Positions 42,501 to 54,500 of a stretch of DNA of 64,000 bases are shown here, piece after piece. The notes under the pieces are model-generated. The model saw only the letters and a program-made list of their open reading frames with translations, was not told where the DNA came from and ran no database searches. This DNA is from Tubiluchus corallicola. Taxonomy: Eukaryota > Animalia > Priapulida. Within the stretch, counting starts at the first letter, position 1, and every line of letters begins with the position of its first letter. Where the stretch lies: assembly GCA_030141605.1 (NCBI GenBank), contig JAQGDQ010000036.1:682001-746000 (forward strand), read 5' to 3'. The position numbers and the translations under genes are program-made.

Positions 42501-45500
42501 TTGGCTGTTTGCTCTTTCGAGGGTGCTGGTGATTAGTCCCAGTTTAAAGTTCAGGATGGACCAAAGCTTTTGCTAGGGAAAACGTTAAAACTTTTTGATG
42601 TCATAATAACAAAGAGACCAAGTTTCGCAACTGTAAAGCAAGGTTCAGATGACGACAACTTGAAATACCATGAATTTTCGAGTTTAACCCTTTGCTTTTA
42701 AAAAGCTGTTTCACAAGTTTTGCAAAGGCCACATGAGCCGCTTCGTTTCGATGCCCTCTACACATTATTCGGAAGAGCATTTGTAGGACAGCAAGCTTCA
42801 TAAGCATGGAGTGGTCCGTCAAAGAGCTTGTCAGAGGTGGCCAATGAAACGATGCCATTGCCAATAAAATAATAAAATCGCCAACTTTCTTGAACTGCTT
42901 GCTTAGTTTAAATACATTGACTAGATTGTTTTATGCATTCCATACAATGCCTAGGTAATATATATAAAATACCTAGGAAGAATTAAATTTAAACACGAAT
43001 ATGTTCATTTTACACTTTGCCAAAGTCACTTTACACCTTCTGCATAGATATTAGCTATTGTACACAAAGCATCTAGGTAAGGTGTAAAAGTGCCTCAGCA
43101 GAAACATTTATTTAATGAATTGACCACACTTTTCTCGAAATGCCTAGGTGTGATATGAAATTGTTAGGAATTTTGATAAAATATGTAAACTTTACACATT
43201 GCCTGTAACATATATGTATATGTAGAATTACTTTTGCATTTCGTGAAAAATCAAAGGTTAGAGAAAGGTTGAGGCGAGAGACATTCTTCATTCTAGATTA
43301 TGCTTGCATTTCATTAATTAGAAGAGACGAGTAACTGATTGGTGATTACATACCCTGTAAGTTTGTTGTGGGTTACAAAGAAATCACTTCATAGAACTTG
43401 GTGTAGAAAAGACTTATGGAAAGGACCTAAAATTATAATTGCTTCACGCTGGAAAGAGACCGAGAATTGGCCAAGCAGTTTGAGCTCAAGTTGCAAAAAA
43501 GGAAGAGTTTCAGATATTTGGCTTTTTTATTTTTTCGCAAAAAGTATGCACATTCTGTATCATGGTGATTAGACACAGTATCAAATAATACATACTACAT
43601 ACGGGTCGGGAGAAGAATACATTTACTCTACGAATTGGGCATGTAATGTAAAATAATAATATGCATCCGTTGCCTCATTATGTGTGCATACCAGATTTTT
43701 CACTGTAAACCAGATTTGTCAATAAAATGACAAAGAGATCAGAAGCTAATCTATAGAATCAATCAACCAAAGAGATCAGAATCAATCTATACTGGAGAAG
43801 AATAAAAATATATGATACATTTAGTACTGATTTTTTGTACTTTTACGTGTTTTGTATCATGAGAGAAAGAAAGGAAAAGACGTGTTACATTTTGTAGCTC
43901 TTCTACTAGCACTAAACTATTCAATATTGTGGTGATGTTCTTGTAACTATTAATTAAATAGTGTAGCTGAACTTCAGGTATATGTCATTTAAAAAGCCCT
44001 TCAGAATTCTGTGCTGTGTGCATTTGCGTAACCTTTACGTTCGTTGACAGGAATACGTGTGTCTCGATTTTAATTCTTACTGGATTCAACGCTTTGTCCT
44101 TTATGAAAATGCCAAGGTCATAGCCATGAAGAGAAATTTCCAAAGCTTTTCCGCCTGGGGTTTCTGGCGGTTTTTTAGGCAGGTAAACGTTCTTGCTATG
44201 AACGACGTTAATAAAAGTGTTTTTGTCAATAATTGCGATCGTTGAGTCAGGATAGCACATTTTGTTTTCTTGTATATTTGGCCCTGCGTCAAGATATGAT
44301 ATTGCCACAGTGTCAAAATTTAGCGGTGCTCTTATCTTATAAACGGTAAGGTGGTGGATTTTTGTACCGAAATCCATCTAGAAAAACCGTTAAGTAGGCA
44401 TAACCCACAAACAAACGATAAGAAAAGGCAATTTTAAAGTATGTTCCAAAATATACCATGCAAAATTTAGTTTGCATTACGCTTACCTGTTTGAAAGACT
44501 TGAGTAACTAGAAAAAATTTAAAATGTTGCGTTAACTGATAAAACTTCACTGACTCACCTTCTCAGTGTATACCACTGGCTCACCAAAAACACATTGAAA
44601 ACGTAAAGTAATTTATACTTTTGCTTAATTAGCGAAGAGTGTGCTACGAATGCTCTAGGTATTTTTTCAAACTTTACGCAATATCTGAACTTGTTTCAAA
44701 TGACACCGTCAAAATAGTTCTACCTACCAGTCATCGCCGGAGTTTATTCAAGTTTTATACAAGGTTACTGCCAATACAGCAATAAGGTTGGATGTAAGTA
44801 ATACAAAATTACAAGTCGGATTTATTTAACTTTATGTAAGTAAAGGGCTTCTTGTCCGTGTAAGGTACAGCGAGACTGAAAATATCCCTTAGGATTCTGC
44901 CTCCTCCTACATAGTGAACCCGCAGTGAATAATGTATTTTCTATTATTTTTCATGGATGCAAGTTTGCTTAGTCACTAGTGCATTGCCTAGCCTTCCTCT
45001 GTATAAACGCCGCATTCACATCTGGACAGTTTCATTAAAAGCTTACTCTTAAAAGGTGTTTTTGTTTTTGGGAATTTGGGTGCTAATCACACAAATCCAC
45101 ACCTGCAACAGACACAAATGGAGCGCGTGCCTACCTGTTAAGTTCCAAAATAACTAGTGTGTTAGGCGTTAGGTACTTTAGGAGTAGAATATTCACCGGT
45201 TTAGTATTTTGATTCCACTGTTAGCCTACAGAGATATTTATACGATTTGGGAAACCGTTATACAAGTCGGAACCTAGATCCAGGTAAACAGGTGGAAGCA
45301 GTATAGTGAATGAATCTTCCCTGAACGAGTGTTGGACCAAGTAGTTCACCCATCCGTTCACTAATTAGCTTTTTTGGTGTCGTTCCAAACTTTGGTCGCA
45401 CACTCGGCTATTTCCCTCGCTTCTAGTGCAGAAACGGTTACATTTTAGGCGAATGACCATCACTGCATTACGTTTTGTGATCCGTTTATCACCCTCTTTA

Positions 45501-48500
45501 ACCTTATCAAGTCAGACTGGTCGATTGTGACAACATGAATTGATTCAATTCGCCACGTAGGTGCTACACATCAGTTATCACTGCAATATTATTACAACTG
45601 TTTTCATTAAATTATGGACGACGTGTAGGCTCCCTTTATTCCTGTCCAAATCAGTAGCAACATCTAAGCGAGCTACCTACGTGTCTTCGACAAAATTTGC
45701 TCACTGCATAGATTATCTGTTTAATCTCAGAGGTATGTGGCTTTTATCAGACCTGTTGGCATCATTCCCCAACCGCCTAACATAATGGAAAACTAGTGCT
45801 AGCTCGCCGAATTGAAACTGTATTCGTGTGTGAATAAATGATAAATTGATGCGGCTTTACGAGCAAGGGTCACGCTAATGATTGTAGAATCGTTTCATTC
45901 TACAATTATTCATTAATGATTTCTTAAACCAAGACTTCGTCTGGAATACCATAGAAAACATTTTGGCGCCTTGTGTGTTTTTGGATAAAAACCTAGTAAA
46001 GTTTTGATGTATAGTAATTTGCATCTTGAGTGAAATTGTTCGCCGATTATGTTGTTGGTAATAGAGGCAGAAATGGAAAAGGGGTAAGAGTTTTTTAATT
46101 TTTGCCACATCTAGGTACAGATCATTATATTCATTTACTAGGAAATAAATCGTTCATGTCAACTTTGTTAAAATCTTCTAATCTTGCTATTCGTTTATTT
46201 AGAACTACGTTTAGTTTGCCCATATTCCCACTCTAAATTTTTGGATTATGAATTCGTATCACTTGATGCCAAGAAACTACTTAACAGTCAGTTTTTACTG
46301 CAACTGTTTAGCTAAAAATGAAAAAAATATTTTCAAAAATAGAGGTCTAAATTACGATTTGCCAATCACTGAAACTGGCATTTTAATTTTTGGTCGGTGT
46401 GACCTGTTGTTATTAAAGCAGTCAACAATAATAATTGTATCATGGTTGTAGTTGATAACATGCATGCACACACCCACTACAGGATCAATACATTTTAATA
46501 CCATACCAGTATTTATAGCTAACGTTTCGTAAAGGTCAGAAACATCGCAGATCAATTTCCTTGAGCAGGAAGCACTTTAAAATATATTATTTTCCTCATA
46601 ATTCATCATTTTGAATCAAAAGCTGTGAGACAGATATTAAAGAGTTGTAATTACAGCGGTTTAGTGGATAAATAGGCGAGCATCGCTAAAAAAATTCGTC
46701 ATATTAACGACTGCGACGATTTCAAGTTCTAAAAAAGAGCGTATTTTTAAGTGAGTTTGGTAGCTTCAATGAACTCACTTTAACAGGCTTCTTCAAAAAC
46801 AAAGCTTCCCTTTGTCCGTTTAATATTGGCAACATTCCCTTTGGCTTGTTGGATTTCTTGTGTATAAAGGTGTTATTGCCTGCTCCCCATTCACAGCTGA
46901 GCATTAAAAGATGTGCGTAGTTATTGCCATGGTAACCGTTTCCTAGGTAATATTTAAGTTAATGCAGCCATACAATTTAAATCTCGGCAGAAATTGCTTA
47001 TTAGGTGCGCTAGAATGTAAAATGGAGCGTAGTCTTAAATTAGTCTGTAGTAAAAGCAGATTACCTCCAAATGAATATTAAATTTATTTTAAAATGGCGC
47101 TTATTTAGTAGGTTCTATTGGTAGTGCTTAGCCTATGTGTAACGTGTTTTGTTATTATTTCGCGAGTTGCGAAAATTTCACACAATATATTTCAAATAAC
47201 CTATTCAATAAAATTATTAACAAATAAAAGGCTTCGAATAATCAAAAACAATTTGATTCAAATGAAACCACTCACTTTATGTACTCAAGTTGCAAAGTTT
47301 TAGTGCTTGGGCTTGCAAGGTGAAGCTATTAAGTTCTACGAGGATAATACGTGTTTTTCTATCCTGGCTAGTATTGTATAATTTTGCGTCATCGCTTCTA
47401 CGTTACATTAGCGCTATGGCAACTGTATCCAGGTTCTGCTGTTGTAATTTCCCTTTTAACTGAACCGGGCTTCCTTTCACTTTGTTTGCGTTTGTTTTTG
47501 CACTTGTGCCAGTGTAGTGACTGCTTTAATTGGTCTGCGTTTAGTAATATCACAGTAATATCTCGTGCGGAGAAACGTTAGAAGTAATTTATTTATCTGA
47601 CTCATGCGCAAGTTACTTGGTTAGTAGTAATTAGGTATTTTATTATACCTTGATAGATTTGTTTGATGTTGTTGCTATGAATACGTTTACAACGGCTGCT
47701 GCATTTGTTGCTGTTGAACGAAGCATGAATTTGTTTCTGTAAATCCTCTGCACGCTGTCATCAGTGAGTTTTGGGTACAGCGCCGCCGTCTTTGCTTCAA
47801 TTGTCGTTTTTAGAAGATTGTTGAAGTGTACCTAAAGCAGTCGTCCATGTAGTAGCTTCTAAGTCATTGTTTTCATGAATTTAATATGGAATTGTATGTA
47901 AATGTAATTTTCTAGGAATTTTATGTGGTGCTTTCTGCCGCAATTGGATATCTTTAACGATAAATGTGTCATGGATTTTGTTGTTAATTTCTCACATCAC
48001 CTTTATGTGCAACTCTTATTTGACCGTCTTGTTACTGTACATTCGTTGAACTAGCAATTATTATTAGTCACTTGTCAAGTCAAGAGAATCCATACCAGGA
48101 TTACACTAATAGTTATTGCAACTACTGAATTGATGGGAGAACAGTCCATGCGAACATTTCTTAATATTGACTTTGATAGACAAGATTAATGGTTTCAAGC
48201 AATATGTTACAAAGTTTCAAGATCCCAAGCCATTTGCATATTAGCTACCTGACTTCAAGTCATAAATATGAAATTTATTGTTATTGGATAGTTATGGAAG
48301 TTACTGTGTAAGTGGCATAGTTGTTGTGTAGTCATGAGTTTGGAACTAGCAACACAAATATAGAAACAATTTCCTTTCATAAAATAGGGGCGCATGCTCA
48401 TCCGTCCGCAGTTTTTACTACTTTGATTCCTACTACTTCACGTCCTCAAAAGGTCTAAAGCCACTACCTTTGTTAACCAAGTTGATTTCTTGATGACTGT

Positions 48501-51500
48501 AAGTGGGACAAGTGATGCAAAATAGATGAAGATATTTGAGCACGAGCATCCGAAACAGCACAGACCTGTCTTTCTAAAACTCGGTTGGACTTTCACGTTC
48601 ATTTATAGTTGCTTCCAAATTTACTCATGTTTAAATCATCCAAATCGCTATGAACCTAATCCACCACACTTTGATCTAATCTACCTTATTATGACAGCGA
48701 GTGTCTCAGTTTGGATATAATGAATTTATTATTTATTTATAGGTTACTCCAAAGAGCCAGGGTTTGAACCCAAATGCCAATGTCTTTCAGAGTTGCAAGC
48801 AAATAGATGGTAACACTTGGGGTGAGCCAGATCTGCTCACTTCACCAGTTGTCGCTCCCTATGATGGTAAGACATTTTAAAAAACTAGTTCAAGTTTTTA
48901 GGGTTTTGGTTATGTTTGTCTTTCCCATCATTATTTTTTATATATTTACTCCCCTAATAAGATGCACATACTCTCTATTTTCTAAGTGATCATTGAATTT
49001 ATTTGGTAGCCTAAGATGGTAGCAAAGAATGCAAACGCCAAAATAACGTGATCAAGGCACTATTAGGCAGCAGTCAGGCACTGAAGTTTTTCGAAATTCT
49101 TCTGTTGCAGCAATAAGAGATGCATTTTGTTGTGTCCATCAACCAAATATAAAACAAACTAAGGTATACTGTTGAGCTTGCACAATCTCACAGAGCTTTT
49201 AGTTTAGTGTTAGTAGTGTTAGCATTAAAGGCTTCTCCTAAGGGAGAATCATGTTTGGTGAGTCAGAGGTAAGGTTATGAACTTGTAATTTATCCAAGAA
49301 TGTAATCTGCACACATATTTAGCTAGTTGGGGCTGTGAGCAACCCTTGGTCTTATCAGGTTTTTATTGACAAACTATGCAGCAATTTGCTTGATACTGGA
49401 AAACCAATCGGGACTTGTTACCACTACCAATAACACTATCAGCGTGCATAACATGTTTGGCAAATGTGCCACAAGGTTCTTTGTCGTCTAGGAATTTATC
49501 TATAATGTAACAAAATAGCAGTTTCATTATACATTGTGTTGGTTTTGCTTTAACCAGTATTTTGTGATTAAGAAGTTATTTTTCGGCTTCTTGGGGATAT
49601 GTGTTTTTAATGTGTCTTTTCTTAATAGTAGGCCTGGACATCTATCAGAAAGCGAATTCGAATCGAATTTTCGACTTTCGAACTCGAATCAAACTGAATT
49701 TCGAGATTTCGAAACCTAATCGAATTCGAATCGCTGTCAAAATTTTCGAATAAATTTCTTCCTAGTCATTAATAAAAAGCAATCTCAAAAAGATCATGCT
49801 TATTATTTGATTTTATTCTGAAGGGAAAACACTAAAATTTGTTTAAAAATCACACACAGAATGTGACAGAAATCACAGCTAAATTGTGCTGATTGCATGC
49901 ATTTGCAAGCGTTTTAAGGAACTCCTGTAGTTGAAGTGCTGCATTGTTTGAATCTATAATTTTAGGTTCATATGGATTTCGATGTAAATAAACTTGTTTG
50001 ATGCTCACACCAACCAAACAGTAATTCATATTAAAAAACACCAGTTGACATTGTACTTGTTATAGGATATCCGATGAATGGTGACATCAGCAAATATCAT
50101 TCTGGCGTTGTTTTTCCACCAACACCTGATTCATCACCCATGCAAGTACTACCAACTGACTTCACTCAAAGCAGCGAAACAATGCAGCTTACGCCAACGG
50201 AATCGGGTAGCTATCCTATCACTCCTCCTCAGGGCGAGGCTACAGCTACTGCTCCAACAGGTAGGATTAGATTAATTTCTAGTTTTCAATAAAAGGCCAG
50301 AATTGTATACTTATTTGTTTGTATTTTGTCACAGTTTCAAATGTAACAAGTGAACATAACAATTTTATTTAAAAAGAAAAACTTAAGGATGGAAGTTTAA
50401 TAGATTGTCGAAAGTTTATTTGTGCAAATTGTCAAATTATTTGAAGCTAGATGAGAAGACATTCAAATTAAGTTCATTATTGAAATTTTAATCTGAAATA
50501 TTGCAATGTCTGGCATAGTGCCGAAAAAAAGCATGATGTGCTGAATCTTGCAAGATCTAGCAAGCTTCTGTAGCAGCTGAATATTTGACATTACTTGAAA
50601 CAGTGAAGAGTGTCTGTTCCATCTCCCACATATTGTAACAGAATGCGATTACCACACACTTCCACACAACTGCATAACTGGACATAGGGAATGGAAGAAT
50701 CTATGGGGTTAAATCTTGATATTGTTCACAATAACTGTAGTGAATCATCTGATACTTAGCTGATACTAGTTACATAGTTACCAATTTAAAATTTAGCTCC
50801 AGTAATAAAAGCTAAAAATACTAGTAATTCAAGTAGTTGCAAGTGAAATTTTTTATGTAATTTGCATAAATATTCTAACACGTCTCTTTGTCTTTCCCTT
50901 GCCTTTTTTACAAAGCATATTTTTTTCTCAAATCAAAAGAGCTGTTTTATTTTCTGTTTGTAATAATTTAGTAACAATTGCATATTTAGTAGTAGATTCC
51001 TGCAAACATTGTAACAGGAAAACAGCTCTTAAATAACTGTCATTTCATCTTCGTCCAAAATCCTCACAAAATCATTATTATTATGTCCCTGCCATGTTAA
51101 TGTAGATGCCTGTTAGATAGATGAGTTGCTTTAATACAATAATTGGCATCAAGGGAAAAAACGTATTGGTTTATCTCTCTGCCTCGTTATCAGGACATCA
51201 GCTTACCTTGAACAACAACTCTTTACTAATAATATCTAATCAGTAGATAAAATGATTGTGTTTTTTTTGTACATAAACATTTGCCGAGCAGCAGTTATTT
51301 TTACATGAAATTAAAATTTCAAGTAGTCAAAAAATGGCTTCATATAATTTAAGTAGAATTCAGTGCCAGAGTTTCAAAGAACTACAAATACGTGGACGTG
51401 TGTGTCAAATTGGGTGGTTGTTATAAAGGAACTAAGCCAATAAGCCTAACTTTAAGACAAGTGAGTAACAAAAATATTTATTAAGATCTCTTCGAACATA

Positions 51501-54500
51501 CGAACATATCAGATCTGCGACATATTTTTTCTACATTTAGCTGATCATGTGATCATCACCAAGCTTCGACTGTCCGAGATGTATAAGCCTCAGTGCTATC
51601 TTTTAACATGGTTATAGCCAGAAAAACGAACTACATATATTTCAAGAACTAATATTACATTGATATATTGTATAAATTTTGACTTTAAGAAGACACACTT
51701 GAATAATAAGAAGGCACCACGGAGATCTTATTGAGGTTTATAAAATACTGAACAGGAAAGAAAGCATTTTGCCTGAAAATGTCTTTAATTTAGTTGTTGA
51801 TTCAAAAACTAGAGGACATAGTTTAAAACTTTTTAAAGAGCTGTTACGTATTGACATTCGTATTTTCTGTCAGAGTAGTGAATGAGTGGAATAATTTGCG
51901 TGCCAACCCTAGTAAAGCTTAAATCTTTAATTGACAACTACTTTATGGAAATATTTGAGGTATCTATGAGGTAGACTCGCTTCATCCCCATTATCATGAC
52001 AGTATAACATGCCCGGCAATAAACAGCTGTTGCTCATGTTCTGAAAAGATAGCGATGCATAGCTTCCAGAGTCGTGTGGAAATCGAGCATGCTAATTGGG
52101 CATTCAGCAGAGCTTGAGTGAACATGATTGACGTTCTGCTTGACATGAATTTTAGAAGTCTGTTTTTGAATTCTTTGCTATCTTTATCAACTGTCTGTTC
52201 TCCTCTGGCATTGTTTCAAGTATGCAAGTTTTTGCTCTCGACATGTATATGCATAATAATTGTTTTTTTGATGGAGGTTACATAGTTATTAGAATTTAAC
52301 TAGCACCGCTATTAAAAAACAGATTACATAAAAAGATATCGGATAGTTTTTTACTTTTTTGGAATAATGTTTATAATGCCGTAGACAAGTCCAGTAGCGC
52401 CTGGACTGGTAAGGAACTGCAAAAAAGCAAAAATGTGAGTAGAGGTTCAGAAAATCAGAAATCTTATAACTATTTGGTAGTGATATGAACTGCCTGTAAA
52501 TGTCCTTCTTGAAACAAGTCTGGTTGTAATTAAATATGAGACAGTTTTACTCAAATTATTACTCCAAGCAAACTATTGCATTTAGGTACCAGTGACAAGA
52601 AAGCGTAAGAGCTTTTTCCATAAAAGCAACGATAAAAAAGACTTGGTGTAGCAGCAGACCTTTAGTGAGTAAGAGATTACCAGTTTCACTCCAACTAAAA
52701 GATTGGTTGATTCATCCCAAATCGAACATCAAACCGATTCAGACTAAGAATATGATTTTGCAAACTGTCAAGTGGTTATTCCAAATGGCATAATCTGTGA
52801 TGTTATAATTCGTCGTTAAACTTTGGCGCACAGTATGTTTTATGAAGCTCAGATTTGGAGGAGGTGGATCCAATTGTTTTAAACACTTGTAAACCTAACT
52901 AGTGTAAAAACTTAATTAGAAAAGTTGTTATGACTTATGTTGTACTTGAAATTTAGGTTGATTCATTAGATTCCTAAATGACGCATTTAAGAGATGATAT
53001 TCAAGTACTTAAGTATATGCATTAGCTAAAGGATATTATTATTTATATCTTGAATTTAGATCTTTTTTCAAAGCCCATTCAATTTTCAGTTCTTCATGCT
53101 GGCTAGTTTTTAATGCAAACACTTGTCTGCTTCAATGTAACTTTACTGAAAATTTGTATTATTTATGTATGCGAACTTTTTATACTGGTTTAGCCTGTAA
53201 CCACCTTTTAAATGTGTAATTGTATATTAATAATAATTACATACTCATTAATGGACGAAACACGTGAAGCTGTCCATGGTACATTGCGTTAAGCCTGATA
53301 ATAATAATTTGCGATGGGGCTAGCATGTTAAATTATTGGCTTGGTTGCACTTAAAGCCTGTTGTGGCTTGTGTACAAGCTAATAGGATAGATGATATAGA
53401 GATAAATTAGTTCATCATGAAAGTGCATTTTCCCTTGTGGCTGCAGGCTGGTGATCATAATAGACACTGGTATAATGAACTTGAAAATATCTCTTTGTTG
53501 CTTTTGGTTAAAATTAATTAAAGCTTTGTGTCATGTTACCTTTCTGTAATAAAACTTCTTGATAGTTTGGCCAGCAGTTTAATGTGCCTTTTGTGTGACA
53601 ATATATAAAAATATAATACACAGGTAGCTGCCTACCTGAAAAGATTGAAGTAGTTTTACATCTTATGTAGAATATTTTCTCTATTTTTGTTAACTTAGGT
53701 ATTAATTTAAAGTGCCATTTGCTGTGACAAATTAGCATGCTATAATTCGAGAATATTGTGACTGCTTGCTCCATTTACATTTATCATTTGAACTTCATAT
53801 TTTTATGCTTCGCAATATGTGACAGGGTAACGTTTTCGCTTATACACTTCAATTTTATTGGAATCCGGTTTTTTTACAGATGATAGAACACTAGACAAAC
53901 AGATTCCCTTGGAAGAACTGAAACAGTTGCTTCAACAACAATTAGAGTATTACTTCTCCAGGTATGTTATTATTTACATTCCTATATGGCTTAATGTTTA
54001 AGCTATGCTTATATTGTGATTACGTGCTATTGTATTGCACTGTGTGTCCTCCAGTGGAGGTTTTTTGGGCTCTTTCTCTGGGTTAGTCTCTTGTAACCCC
54101 CTGGGAGAGTTTGCTGTACTTAATTTTAATTATGCGTTTACCAGTGTTTGGTTTGTGATAGACGAATGACTGCTGCGCCATACATGAATGGAACGGACGA
54201 AATTTCAGGCATTTGTAATATTGCAGGAACAAAACTAATCAAAATTTGAAAAAAATAAAGACAATATTTGAAAAGCAACAACAACAAAAACTTACAACAC
54301 TATAGTAGATAGTTGATAATAATTAAAATTAGAATGTTTTTTATCGACATCGCCGACTGGAAGACACCATGATCAGTGGTGAACACAAAAACACTACAAA
54401 CAGAAACATGTGGCACCATCTGGTGGTCGAACAGACCACAAGGTGGATGCACACAGGAAATATTATTTAAAAAAAGACACTTTAAAGAAAACACCTCTAA

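Noticed and set aside
43985-44377. 130-aa minus-strand ORF
   Set aside because: No recognisable domain; the sequence reads like a non-autonomous repeat adjoining another repeat.
53245-53280. ggacGAAACacgtg, hammerhead-like half
   Set aside because: No CUGANGA-type core upstream; only a simple atggac/gtccat hairpin.
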